NCBI GenBank assembly: GCA_030599585.1
Contig: JAUVNS010000004.1
Coordinates: forward strand, 96,001-160,000
DNA length: 64,000 nucleotides
Source: Promethearchaeota archaeon
GTDB taxonomy: Archaea > Asgardarchaeota > Lokiarchaeia > Sigyniarchaeales > SOKP01
Direction of reading: 5' to 3'
Below are positions 1 through 9,793 of the stretch, piece after piece. The position numbers and the translations under genes are program-made. The number at the start of each line of letters is the position of its first letter. Positions within the stretch are counted from its first letter, which is position 1. Below the pieces are notes generated by a model that saw nothing but the letters and a program-made list of their open reading frames with translations, was not told the origin of the DNA and did no database searches.

Positions 1-1398
1 AATCTTCGAAGTTTTGAGCAAGCCCAACTAGTAGGAGCACCATTTATTGCTACTAACGAAAAAAATATGGGGGGCTTACCAAATAGAACAAACGATCCTG
101 CCGAAGAAATAATAGACGATTTAGTGAGTGGTAAATTTCCGGGTGTCCTTATCTTAGACCCGATTAAAGCCGGCGTAGTTGCTGCTGAAACGGCAATAAA
201 AGTCCGCCCAATTAGAAATTCTCGAAGCGCTGTTCCCGATGAGGAAGGTTGCATCCAAATGGCCTACAACTGCAATGGATGCGGTAATTGTCAGCGTAAT
301 TGCCCTAACGATTTACCCATTGTTGAAGGAGTTCGATTAGCGAAAGATGGTGATTTTTCATTATTAGAGAGCGTTTTTGACGATTGTTTAGATTGTGGGC
401 GCTGTGAAGCCGATTGTATGAAAGATGTATCTCCACTAACGCTTATAATGCATGCGGGAAGAGATAAAATCAGAAATGAGAGGTTTAATGTTCGAGTAGG
501 ACGAGGACCTATACAAGACACAGAGATTCGAAATGTTGGAGCTCCGATCGTATTAGGAGAAATACCAGGGATAATTGCGATTATTGGATGTGCAAGTTAT
601 GGAAAAGATATACAAGAACTATATAAACTCGCTGAAGAATTCTGCATAAGAAATTACATTGTAGTAGTTTCCGGTTGTGGGGCTATGGATATCGGTTTAG
701 TAAAGGATGAAGATGGAAATACACTTTATGATAGATTTCCTGGGGACTTTGATAGAGGATGTCTGGTTAATGTTGGTTCTTGCGTTTCAAATCCACACAT
801 TACTGGTGCTGCGATGAAAGTAGCAAATATTTTTGCAAGACGTCCGTTACGAGGAAACTTCGAAGAAATTGCCGATTACATCTTACATAGAGTTGGAGCT
901 GTTGGCGTTGCGTGGGGTGCTATGTCTCAAAAAGCTGCCAGCATAGCCAGTATGGCAAATGGATTGGGTGTTCCAGCCGTAGTGGGTCCACATGCAGCAG
1001 AATATCGACGGGCATATGTTGGTCGATCTGACAACGAAGATTCGTGGAAAGTATATAACGCAAGAGACGGAACTGCTGACCATGTAGTTGGACCAGGACC
1101 TGAACATTTATTAGTTACTGCTGAATCTATTGAACAAGCTATATGTTTAGTTGCAAAATTGTGTTTAAGACCTGCTGATAACTCAAAGGGTAGGATGATT
1201 AAGTTATCTCATTGGATGGATTTAGAACGAAAATATAAGGGAGTCGATTTTCCAAACGATTTAGAAAAATTCATTCGGGTAGAAGCGGATATTCCTATTA
1301 ACATGAAAGACGAAATCGTAGCATTTTTAAAAGAAAAAGGTTGGAAACCAAAGGAAATTATAGATCCAACTTTGCTCAAAAGAATGTGTCATACATAA
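1..1398 (+). CDS. cdhA: CO dehydrogenase/acetyl-CoA synthase complex subunit alpha, 5'-truncated by the window edge
   Basis: Frame is open from base 1 (NLRSFEQAQ...). Contains two CxxCxxCxxxC(P) ferredoxin motifs and the archaeal CdhA motifs GRGPI.D.EIRNVG, GSCVSNPH, AWGAMSQKA and RPADNSKGR. Confidence 0.93.
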   Translation, partial: NLRSFEQAQLVGAPFIATNEKNMGGLPNRTNDPAEEIIDDLVSGKFPGVLILDPIKAGVVAAETAIKVRPIRNSRSAVPDEEGCIQMAYNCNGCGNCQRNCPNDLPIVEGVRLAKDGDFSLLESVFDDCLDCGRCEADCMKDVSPLTLIMHAGRDKIRNERFNVRVGRGPIQDTEIRNVGAPIVLGEIPGIIAIIGCASYGKDIQELYKLAEEFCIRNYIVVVSGCGAMDIGLVKDEDGNTLYDRFPGDFDRGCLVNVGSCVSNPHITGAAMKVANIFARRPLRGNFEEIADYILHRVGAVGVAWGAMSQKAASIASMANGLGVPAVVGPHAAEYRRAYVGRSDNEDSWKVYNARDGTADHVVGPGPEHLLVTAESIEQAICLVAKLCLRPADNSKGRMIKLSHWMDLERKYKGVDFPNDLEKFIRVEADIPINMKDEIVAFLKEKGWKPKEIIDPTLLKRMCHT

Positions 1399-1422
1399 AG
1401 AATTTTCTTTATTTTTTTATTT

Positions 1423-2424
1423 TTATTCCAATAACTCAATTACATCCTCAGGAAATTCTTCTCCTCTATTTTTCATTCTGATAAACATATCCTTAACATC
1501 AGATATCGTATTACCGTAAATATGCAAAGAATTACTAAAATCGACATAATGTCCCATCTCTAATCCAAGTTGATCGGCGACATACTTCTGAATTCGAATC
1601 ATTCCATTTACATTTGCTTCCCATGCTCTAAACAAATCTCTACTCCTCCAGGTTGTTTGCATGATTAATTTGTTGTCTTTTACTCGCATATAAATCCTCT
1701 GAAGACAAGGAGGATCAGTGTGAAAGGGATCGACAAGCGGTCGCCAAGTTATTGCTTGAGCTCTGCGTGAATATGGTTTTTCTTTTAACTTTCTAATTAT
1801 GTATTCAATTTGATCTATTTTTGGGAAATTAATTACTTCGATGGGTATTTTTTGAATTCCTACTTGGTCTGATATATTTTTTTTTAAATCGAAATCAACT
1901 AAATGCTTTAATTTCCAGCTAACAGAATCATCAGAAATTTGAACTTTGCCTGCTTTCAATAGTTTTTTGTGCTTCTTTACGAAATTATTATCAACGAATT
2001 CTAAATCGTAATTTACTTTGATAGAATCCTCCAGTGAATAAGGTGTATACTTAAATATTCTATCGTGGTATGAATATGGAAAGCTCGCTTCTGACTCCCA
2101 TAAATAATGATCGTTTGCGCCCTCCATAATTTCTTCAATGTAACCACTTTGAATGGATCCTATCAAGTAAGTGTCTGCCATACAACCAAAAACTTCGAAT
2201 GAATTTCCATATTTTGATTTGATTTTCACTACTTTATCTTTCCGAGAAATAGGATTACTCATAGGGTTTTCTATTTCTATTAATACCGTCGCATCTTTGG
2301 AGGGAGGATCTTCGTTTTTATCATATTCAGTTCTAATGTCATCTCCACAGTATAAAACTTGAGCTACGGCTGAAAGCCATGCGTCCCGAACTGTTTTTTT
2401 AGAAATAAAAATTACTTGAGCCAT
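1423..2424 (-). CDS. thyA: Thymidylate synthase, archaeal ThyA type, with an internal insertion
   Basis: Motifs YSYHDR, DQIEYII, SRRAQAITW, DPPCLQ (catalytic Cys), RSRD, N(VNG) and SLHIY. Confidence 0.88.
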   Translation of the reverse strand: MAQVIFISKKTVRDAWLSAVAQVLYCGDDIRTEYDKNEDPPSKDATVLIEIENPMSNPISRKDKVVKIKSKYGNSFEVFGCMADTYLIGSIQSGYIEEIMEGANDHYLWESEASFPYSYHDRIFKYTPYSLEDSIKVNYDLEFVDNNFVKKHKKLLKAGKVQISDDSVSWKLKHLVDFDLKKNISDQVGIQKIPIEVINFPKIDQIEYIIRKLKEKPYSRRAQAITWRPLVDPFHTDPPCLQRIYMRVKDNKLIMQTTWRSRDLFRAWEANVNGMIRIQKYVADQLGLEMGHYVDFSNSLHIYGNTISDVKDMFIRMKNRGEEFPEDVIELLE

Positions 2425-2676
2425 ATTCTAAAACCTTAAAAGATTCATTAAAAATTTTATTTTTATTCTATTAGAATCTAATTGTTAAAACCTTAACAAG
2501 GTTGATTTTAATACATTATGTAAACCCATTATTCACCCCCAATTAAATTGAAGGGTGTTAATTGAGTGTATCTAATTAGATATTCAATTTTTTATATATA
2601 ATTACCAACAATATTTAATATTGGTAATTTCTTAGTCTTAATAGTAGTTCTTGAAAATACTAGTAGTTGATATAAA

Positions 2677-2970
2677 GTGATATCCATAAAGTTTAGGTTT
2701 GAACCGCCTTTTAACGAAATTACGAAAGGAACAAATCAAATCATTAAATTCGACCAGGAATTAACAGTAATGGAATTGTTATCATTTTTTAAAGAGCATT
2801 TTGGTGAAAAATTCTATGAATTACTCTGGGATAAAAAAAAGAAGAATATATTTAGTTCTTTCCTATCAATAATCATTAATGGTAGAAGTTTTAGGGATGA
2901 GCATTTTCTAGAGAAGACTTTAAAAGATGGAGACGACATTGCTTTTTTATATCTTTATTTTGGGGGATAA
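2677..2970 (+). CDS. MoaD/ThiS/SAMP-family ubiquitin-like sulfur carrier
   Basis: 97 aa beta-grasp pattern (IIINGR...LKDGDDIAF) with a C-terminal Gly-Gly. Confidence 0.85.
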   Translation: MISIKFRFEPPFNEITKGTNQIIKFDQELTVMELLSFFKEHFGEKFYELLWDKKKKNIFSSFLSIIINGRSFRDEHFLEKTLKDGDDIAFLYLYFGG

Positions 2971-2983
2971 TCTTTAGAATAAA

Positions 2984-4015
2984 TTATAATAATAAGATTA
3001 ACCACATACCAAAACCAGTTAAAATCGGATTTAATATATTGTCCGAAATATGGTTTGCAAAGAAATCAACTAATAAGAATAAGATTGTTGATACTGTAGC
3101 CATAAGTAAGATTTTTACAAAACTCACAGGCATCCAAATGTGATATAGGTTCATTATTAATAAAACAATTAAAAATGAAGACACACCACCAGTTATAAAT
3201 CCCTCAATAGTTTTATTGGAATTTTTTTTTAGGCTATGAGATCCATATTTTTTACCTATTAGGCAGGCGGCGGCATCCGCCCCAGTAGTTATTAACGCTA
3301 CTGACGCTAGAATCGGAAATGGGGCAAAAATGAAGGGTATTAATGATAAAACCAGAGGTGTGGACGCTACAAAAGTATTGAGCTCCTCAGGTCTTATCGA
3401 TAAAAACCAGCGCTTAGCCCAATTTGGAAGCATATAGAATTTATTTAGACGGGTAAGATCAGCAACCTGAAACATTATAACAAACCCAAATCCAATAGTA
3501 AGTATTAACCAATGGGAAAAACTATAATTGTCTAAATTTAATTGACTTAAAATGCCTAAATTTTCAAGAATGGTTCCCAACGACCAAAAAAAAAGAATAA
3601 TAAATGTAGTAAATAAATGTAGAAATTTCCTCCCGAATTCGCTCTTAAAATCGTCAACCCATCTATCAGTCACTTTCACACGATAATTGTTATAATCCCT
3701 TTCTGCCATAATTTCAGGGTTTTTTTTAGAAATAATTCCATTATAAAGTAAAGTGGTAATCCATATACTCATTTCAATCAAAAAAAATAAAGAAGTTAAA
3801 AACCATAAAAAATTTAATGATTCTAATGGCAAATATGGTGAGTGATACTGAAGCATAAAAGGAAACAATAATCCTGCTGCTAAAAATAATATGGCTATCA
3901 ATATCTCGTTTAATAATAAGTGGTTCTTGATCTTCTCAGCTCTATTTTTTATTACGTAAATGAATGTTAAAACGGAGTAACCAATGAAAATCAAAGAAGT
4001 TGGCAAATAATTCAT
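2984..4015 (-). CDS. CTP-dependent polyprenol/dolichol/diacylglycerol kinase family membrane protein
   Basis: Multi-TM protein with motifs RKFLH, ADAAACLIGKKYG, KTIEG and SDNILNP. Confidence 0.8.
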   Translation of the reverse strand: MNYLPTSLIFIGYSVLTFIYVIKNRAEKIKNHLLLNEILIAILFLAAGLLFPFMLQYHSPYLPLESLNFLWFLTSLFFLIEMSIWITTLLYNGIISKKNPEIMAERDYNNYRVKVTDRWVDDFKSEFGRKFLHLFTTFIILFFWSLGTILENLGILSQLNLDNYSFSHWLILTIGFGFVIMFQVADLTRLNKFYMLPNWAKRWFLSIRPEELNTFVASTPLVLSLIPFIFAPFPILASVALITTGADAAACLIGKKYGSHSLKKNSNKTIEGFITGGVSSFLIVLLIMNLYHIWMPVSFVKILLMATVSTILFLLVDFFANHISDNILNPILTGFGMWLILLL

Positions 4016-4062
4016 TTTTAATCATATAAAGTGAGTAATTTTTAAAAATCTATTATTTCTAA

Positions 4063-5169
4063 TTAAATCCACGTTAAAATAATTGTATAATAATCAAAAT
4101 TAAATAAATACCTTATAAACAAAAAGATAAGGCTGCTACCAAGCGGGATCAATAAATTATCAGATACATTGAAAGGTTTATTTGTAAGAACATCAAAAAT
4201 AAAGAAGGCAAAAGTAAAAATAAAAGCCCAATAAATACCAATAAACAACGTACATAGAATAAAACACGCAATTATTCCAGCTATTGCTCCCTGCCAAGAT
4301 TTATCGTTATTCCATTTAATTTTATTTTGTCCGTATCTTATTCCCACTTGGCTTGTTGCTAAATCAGCAAGAGAACTCATCCCTAAAATTGTTAAAAATA
4401 CCATCGGTGGCGTAATTAAAGCAGCAACCATTTGACCGATAGCAAAAAAGAGATACGTACCGTAACTTCTTTTTTCTTCCCCGCACAGTATAATATTGCA
4501 GAGAAAATTAAAGGGGAATCCAAGGCTCTTAGTTTTTCTTGTAAACTCATTTGCTAACATAATCAAACAAAACCCATAGAAAAAGAAAAATAGGAGATAA
4601 TAGAACCAACCTAACGAAAATAAAACCGTACTAATACTATTTGGTACTGTCATTATTGTTAAAAACAACAGAACCATGTTATTCTCCTCTGGAATCATCC
4701 CACTAATTGAACCTGTTAGGTCCTTCACAATAATTACTCCTAAATACCAAACTAAAAATAAACCAAGAAAAGTAAGAACATGAGGGATTTTCCGATAAGT
4801 GTCCGATCTTAATTTACTTCTCTTGTTTTGTTTTTCTTCTAATAAGCTCCAAAACTTCGATAAGTCCTTGTTTTTAAAAATTTTTTTGAATGAAAATAGC
4901 ATAAAGGATGAGATCAAGATTATCGCTCCTATTATAAGTAAAGGTAGTCCAAAAGAAAGAGTAAAAATTGGAATCGTAGTGAGATATAGCGTTGCATCTT
5001 GAAACATTAACAATACCACAATTATGATAATTAGAAAAGTTAAAAATAAAGCGCCAAACCCTAAAAAATTGTTAAGCACTTCTTTTTTATATGAAAAATG
5101 CATATAACTAAATAATACGATGAAATAAGAAATTATCATTAATAGAAACCAATAGAAAAACTCTGTCAT
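4063..5169 (-). CDS. CTP-dependent polyprenol/dolichol kinase family membrane protein (second paralog)
   Basis: Motifs RKIPH, ADLATSQVGIRYG, KSWQG and SDNLLIP; multi-TM. Confidence 0.8.
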   Translation of the reverse strand: MTEFFYWFLLMIISYFIVLFSYMHFSYKKEVLNNFLGFGALFLTFLIIIIVVLLMFQDATLYLTTIPIFTLSFGLPLLIIGAIILISSFMLFSFKKIFKNKDLSKFWSLLEEKQNKRSKLRSDTYRKIPHVLTFLGLFLVWYLGVIIVKDLTGSISGMIPEENNMVLLFLTIMTVPNSISTVLFSLGWFYYLLFFFFYGFCLIMLANEFTRKTKSLGFPFNFLCNIILCGEEKRSYGTYLFFAIGQMVAALITPPMVFLTILGMSSLADLATSQVGIRYGQNKIKWNNDKSWQGAIAGIIACFILCTLFIGIYWAFIFTFAFFIFDVLTNKPFNVSDNLLIPLGSSLIFLFIRYLFNFDYYTIILTWI

Positions 5170-5253
5170 GTGTAGTTCAAACTTGATAAATTAATTTAAT
5201 ATATTAATGATTGTGGTTTCATTCTTTAAATAAACTATTTTACAATTATAATT

Positions 5254-5856
5254 ATGAAGAAAATCATATTAGCATCAAAATCTATTGATCGCTCAAAGAT
5301 ACTTAATAGGCTCAATATTTCTTTTGAAATTCTCAACACAAACATTAACGAGAGCGATTACAAAGATCAATATCCTGACCCAATCGATTTGGTAAAGGAA
5401 TTAGCCAGGGTTAAAGCATTGAAAGCAAAAGAGTTATTAAAAAGCGAAGAGATAGGAACAATTATCATAGCTGCTGATACAATCGTGGAGCTTAATGGTA
5501 AAATTATTGGAAAAGCCCAAAATGAAAAAAAAGCATTCCAAATAATAAAATCTCTGGCTAATCGCTCTCATAACCTCATAACAGGTATAGCTTTAACAAG
5601 TATAGATGATCCTAAAATTATAGTTGATTACGATATTACCGTTGTTACCTTGACGGAGTTATCTGACGATGATATCCGGAACTATATTAAAAGTGAAGAA
5701 TGGAAAGGTAGAGCTGGTGCTTATTCTATTAGGGATAGAGCTAGTTTATTTATTAAAGAAATTCGAGGGTCTCCTTCAAACGTAATAGGGTTGCCGATGC
5801 ATAAGATTTTTAAAATTCTAAAAAGTGAATTTAATTTGAATTTGTTTGAGAATTAA
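5254..5856 (+). CDS. maf: Maf-family nucleoside triphosphate pyrophosphatase
   Basis: Motifs IILASKS..R, IAADTIV...GK, GRAGAY and G..SNVIGLP. Confidence 0.92.
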   Translation: MKKIILASKSIDRSKILNRLNISFEILNTNINESDYKDQYPDPIDLVKELARVKALKAKELLKSEEIGTIIIAADTIVELNGKIIGKAQNEKKAFQIIKSLANRSHNLITGIALTSIDDPKIIVDYDITVVTLTELSDDDIRNYIKSEEWKGRAGAYSIRDRASLFIKEIRGSPSNVIGLPMHKIFKILKSEFNLNLFEN

Positions 5857-5888
5857 ATTTGATAATAATAATTAAGAAGCTTGAATTT

Positions 5889-6059
5889 CTATGTTTCTAA
5901 ATCTACTTTCCAAATTTTCAAATTTTCATAAAAGTTCAACATTTTTTCAAGCCTGCTAACCATTTGTTCATAGTAACCGTGATCCGCGTGTTGATTTTTA
6001 GCCAGATTTCGAGCTAAAGTTATATTATCTTTATATCTTAGTATTTTATCCTCAATCAC
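5889..6059 (-). CDS. Small helical hypothetical protein (56 aa), absent from the ORF track
   Basis: GTG at 6059 to TAG at 5889: MIEDKILRYKDNITLARNLAKNQHADHGYYEQMVSRLEKMLNFYENLKIWKVDLET. Fills an otherwise empty gap. Confidence 0.6.
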   Translation of the reverse strand: MIEDKILRYKDNITLARNLAKNQHADHGYYEQMVSRLEKMLNFYENLKIWKVDLET

Positions 6060-6242
6060 ATAGTTTTTTGTAATCCTTTGGAATTAATAATAAAGAAATA
6101 TCTGGATGATACCTCTGAAATTCTGAACTTAATGAGATAAGAATTAAAATAAAATCACTTATGAAAAATGTCTTAAATGCTTTTATAGGTTAGTTTCTTA
6201 ATACAATTAACAAAACTAAATTACTTAATAAAGTGTGTAAAC

Positions 6243-6581
6243 ATGGGTAAACATCATTACAAAAACGAACAAATAATGAAATTATTGACGATACTTGGAG
6301 GACTAGTGGGAATCGCTACTATGATTCTTGGATTAGCGGGAATTGCTGATATTGGATTCGTCAATCCCCTTTTAGGATTAAATGCCGTTCTCAATTTTAT
6401 TGTCGGCATAGTTATTTCGGTTTTAACACTTTTAACTGGATTAAAACCTAATGCTCCACTTCCTTTTCACTGGTTGGTTCTTTTTATCCTGGGGATATTA
6501 CTGATTGTTTTTGGAGCGGGAATCTGGGCTTGTGTGCTAGTAATTATCGCTGCGTTAATAGGTTTAATAGAAGATTTATAA
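6243..6581 (+). CDS. Small membrane protein (3-4 TM)
   Basis: Hydrophobic Gly/Leu/Ile-rich helices; T-rich tract after the stop. Confidence 0.75.
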   Translation: MGKHHYKNEQIMKLLTILGGLVGIATMILGLAGIADIGFVNPLLGLNAVLNFIVGIVISVLTLLTGLKPNAPLPFHWLVLFILGILLIVFGAGIWACVLVIIAALIGLIEDL

Positions 6582-6629
6582 AAATATTTATAGTTAAAAA
6601 ACTATTTTTTTCTTTTTATTATTTTCAGA

Positions 6630-7508
6630 CTAAGAAGTTACATTATTAAGGAAATATGAAACGATTTCTTCCGCCAAATTAATATCAGATACTTTTTGAA
6701 GTGCAGTGAATCCTGGAATCGAGTTCACTTCTAAAACTATCAGACCTCTTTCACTTTCTACAATATCTACTCCCGCAATTTCAGTTTTTGTTATTTTAGC
6801 TGCTTTAATTGCCAAATTTTTTATCTCTTTTGTAAGCTCTATTGGCTCCATTGTTGCTCCGGAATGTATATTCGTTTTCCAATTATCACTTACTCGGTAC
6901 ATACCCGCTATAGCTTTATTGCCTAAAACTAAAACTCTAATATCTCGATTAGAATGTTCGATAAACTCTTGAAGGTAAAAAATGTGATTTAGTTGGGCTA
7001 ATGTATAGAAAATATTTTCTGCAAAACCCTTATCATTTATTCTTGTAATTCCTACTCCTTTAGAACCATATAACGGTTTAAGTACAATATCTCTACCAAG
7101 CTCTTCAAAGGAGCCTAAGGCATCATTGGGGTTTTCACATATTATTGTTTTTGGAGTAGGGATGCTATGTCGATCTAAGTAAATTGATGTTAAAAACTTA
7201 TCACTAGCTATTTCTAGTGATTCTCGAGAGTTTATTAACTTAAGACCATATTCCTCCATCGCGTTTAGTAGATCAAGTCGAAAAAAGATCTTCTGAGTAG
7301 CAGCAGCTCCAAAACCTCTTACAAGAGCGCCATATGGTTCAAGTTTTTCAAATTGTTCTTTAAATTGCTTATTATCTATTTTAACTTTTACATTCGATGG
7401 AATAAAATATTTTACTTCATATCCTCGTTTTTTAAATACTTCAGATAAGATTTGAACTTCAGGATCCCTAGGATTAGGAGTTATTATCATAGAACGCATA
7501 TCATTCAC
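6630..7508 (-). CDS. RimK-family ATP-grasp alpha-L-glutamate ligase (MptN/CofF-like)
   Basis: Motifs DKFLT, PTPKT, VLKPLYGSKGVG, YLQEFI, DIRVLV, WKTN, GVDI and LEVNSIPGF. The true start may be the ATG at 7499. Confidence 0.9.
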   Translation of the reverse strand: MNDMRSMIITPNPRDPEVQILSEVFKKRGYEVKYFIPSNVKVKIDNKQFKEQFEKLEPYGALVRGFGAAATQKIFFRLDLLNAMEEYGLKLINSRESLEIASDKFLTSIYLDRHSIPTPKTIICENPNDALGSFEELGRDIVLKPLYGSKGVGITRINDKGFAENIFYTLAQLNHIFYLQEFIEHSNRDIRVLVLGNKAIAGMYRVSDNWKTNIHSGATMEPIELTKEIKNLAIKAAKITKTEIAGVDIVESERGLIVLEVNSIPGFTALQKVSDINLAEEIVSYFLNNVTS

Positions 7509-7584
7509 TCATACGAAAATTACATAATTCAACTGACACTTAATAAATAAATTTAAGTTCTTAAATATATATATGTAGAATTAA

Positions 7585-8184
7585 ATGGATTCTAATAATA
7601 AGGAAAACGAAACGGAGAAATTAACGCGCATTCTTTCAGTCGTTCAGAATCTTTACTACAAAAAAAAAGAGCAACTGGAAGATTTAGAGCTAGAGATTTC
7701 TGATCTGCAATCAGTTATAAACCAATTAAACCCCATAGTATCAAATAAATCGTTTTCTAGCGCAGATGAATTATATTCAAAGAACCAATCTTTAGAAAAA
7801 CCCCCGATAGACGACTATTTCAAAGAAGAAATTTCAGAAGAAACATTTAAAGGGACTAACATAAAAAGAAAAATTTTCGCAAATCAAAACCAGAAAGAAG
7901 AAAATTTATTGTGCGTACTTAATCTCTACGATTTTAAAAGAGTAGAAATTAAATTCATTGATCCTGAAAATAGAGCTATTCAGGAAACATCAGAAAGGTT
8001 TATTAATGTTTTTCTTAAAGGAGCTTTAATCCGAATAAAAGAAAATAATCCTAATTTAAGTATAAGTTATCGTTTCAAGAACACTGATAAAATCGAATAT
8101 ATTACTATTTCTAATTTAAGCTCTATCGAAGATTACGATCTAATAACCGAAAAAATACGAGAATTATTAGCTCGTGAAATGTAA
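7585..8184 (+). CDS. Hypothetical protein with N-terminal coiled coil
   Basis: 199 aa ORF; heptad pattern at about residues 20-50. Confidence 0.7.
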   Translation: MDSNNKENETEKLTRILSVVQNLYYKKKEQLEDLELEISDLQSVINQLNPIVSNKSFSSADELYSKNQSLEKPPIDDYFKEEISEETFKGTNIKRKIFANQNQKEENLLCVLNLYDFKRVEIKFIDPENRAIQETSERFINVFLKGALIRIKENNPNLSISYRFKNTDKIEYITISNLSSIEDYDLITEKIRELLAREM

Positions 8185-8324
8185 TCAACCAGCAAACTGC
8201 GGATTAGATAAAGTTTGAATAGTATGTGTTATATAAAGATATTATATTGATTCATTAAAATACAAAGAATTAATTATACAAATTTTCATATTTTTTTTAA
8301 TTACTAATTTGGAGCGTAAAAACA

Positions 8325-9140
8325 ATGGCTAAGAAAAAAAAATTTTTAATGATGCCCGTAATTCATTCAAAATTTAACGACAAAGACTTGGAAGATTCAC
8401 TCATCACTACATCGCGAAATCTTTTAACAAAAAAAAAGGGAATCGCCCCTTCCTTCATCTTTCTCTCTGGAAGTTTTTTCGATGTAAAAGGGTTTGTTTA
8501 CACGGGACTTCGAGCGTGGAAAGGGGCAGCAAAACCTTCAGCTAGCGACGAGGGTAGAAGGCCCTTACTAGAAGCTACATTTGCATCGTTATCCGTCTAT
8601 CTCAGCTCTTTACTTGCATTGCAATCAGATTTTTATTTCGCGTACGACGAAATAAAAGAGATATTATTAGAAAAAAAAAGAGAAGATCTATGGGCAATCG
8701 TTTCAGAAAAACTTCCATTTATTTCATTGCCACCTAAAGAGATGTATGGAAGCCAAGTGTCTCCAATATCTCCTTATTTCGTGATCGAACAAGATGATGA
8801 ACTCGTACTAGGGGAAATTTATCCTTCGGCATACTTAACAAAAGTCATCTCTTCGATTAAAACGAGATTTTTTGTGTTCTTTCAATATTTAGGTTATTCC
8901 GCTTTCGGATTTTTCGATTCTTTACCTGAACGCACAAAGTTTGGATTTGAAGAAAAAGCGAGAGAATTTGAAGGAGAACCAACCTCAGAAAATCTTCAAA
9001 AATACGCAAAAAATGCTAAAAACTTAAAAGAAGTACTGATCGCACTCATTGAAGCTCATAACAACGCATATCTCGGACAATACCTAATTGAAGATTATGA
9101 ACTATTATTAAATAAATTACTAGAATCGGAGGAGCTCTAA
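8325..9140 (+). CDS. Hypothetical protein, coupled to the downstream small GTPase
   Basis: 271 aa ORF with a GGAG RBS; its stop is 1 nt before the GTPase ATG. Confidence 0.75.
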   Translation: MAKKKKFLMMPVIHSKFNDKDLEDSLITTSRNLLTKKKGIAPSFIFLSGSFFDVKGFVYTGLRAWKGAAKPSASDEGRRPLLEATFASLSVYLSSLLALQSDFYFAYDEIKEILLEKKREDLWAIVSEKLPFISLPPKEMYGSQVSPISPYFVIEQDDELVLGEIYPSAYLTKVISSIKTRFFVFFQYLGYSAFGFFDSLPERTKFGFEEKAREFEGEPTSENLQKYAKNAKNLKEVLIALIEAHNNAYLGQYLIEDYELLLNKLLESEEL

Positions 9141-9141
9141 A

Positions 9142-9774
9142 ATGGTGAATATTGGATTACTTGGCGATATTAGCGCTGGTAAAACTAGTATTCTTCGCCT
9201 ATTTGTAAGATACTTAAAAGTTGGAGACATAGAACAAGTAAAAGGGGGGGAAAAATGCGTTACGATAAAAGTGGATTTTTCTGGAGAGGCAACAGTCCCC
9301 GGAGGCGATAAGGAAGATCGCTTAAACCAAAAAGAAACTAAAACAATCCATCCTAATCGAGTGGTATTTAGAGAAGTCAAATCCGGAAGAGCCCATACAA
9401 TCTTCGCACCTGGTGGAGATCGAGCTAGAAGCGTTATTCGAATGGGAATTATAACGATATCCCGAATCGCAACCCAGATAGTAGCGGTTTTTTCATGCGA
9501 TAGACCTCTGAAAACCCAATTTGAGTTTTTTAGGGATGTGAGGTTCTTTCCAGACAATATTAGCGTTTGTATAAATAAGGTTGACCTACTTAAGGGCGAT
9601 CTAAAGGATGAAATAGAGAAATTGGAAGCAGAAATTAAAGATTTTTTCAAGCAGAGAAAAATTACGATCGTAGAGACATTTGTAACATGTGCTGAAAAAA
9701 TGGAAGGGTTCGAGGATGTCCAGATTTACAACGATCGAGTCGCAGAGATGCTCCTAAAAATAACTACTCAATAA
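9142..9774 (+). CDS. Small Ras-superfamily/MglA-like GTPase with divergent G3 motif
   Basis: G1 GDISAGKTS, G2 Thr (TIHPN), G3-like FAPGG, G4 NKVD, G5 TCA. Confidence 0.82.
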   Translation: MVNIGLLGDISAGKTSILRLFVRYLKVGDIEQVKGGEKCVTIKVDFSGEATVPGGDKEDRLNQKETKTIHPNRVVFREVKSGRAHTIFAPGGDRARSVIRMGIITISRIATQIVAVFSCDRPLKTQFEFFRDVRFFPDNISVCINKVDLLKGDLKDEIEKLEAEIKDFFKQRKITIVETFVTCAEKMEGFEDVQIYNDRVAEMLLKITTQ

Positions 9775-9793
9775 CCAATTAATCTTATATCTC

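Noticed and set aside
2534-2557. CACCC-CCAATTAAATTGAA-GGGTG dyad between thyA and the MoaD-like gene
   Set aside because: Short and imperfect. It may be an operator but cannot be distinguished from chance.
9120-9650. 176-aa antisense ORF, and similar shadow ORFs such as 46622-47119, 57334-57789, 26776-27153 and 31219-31587
   Set aside because: They lie antisense to or out of frame within well-supported genes and show no motifs.
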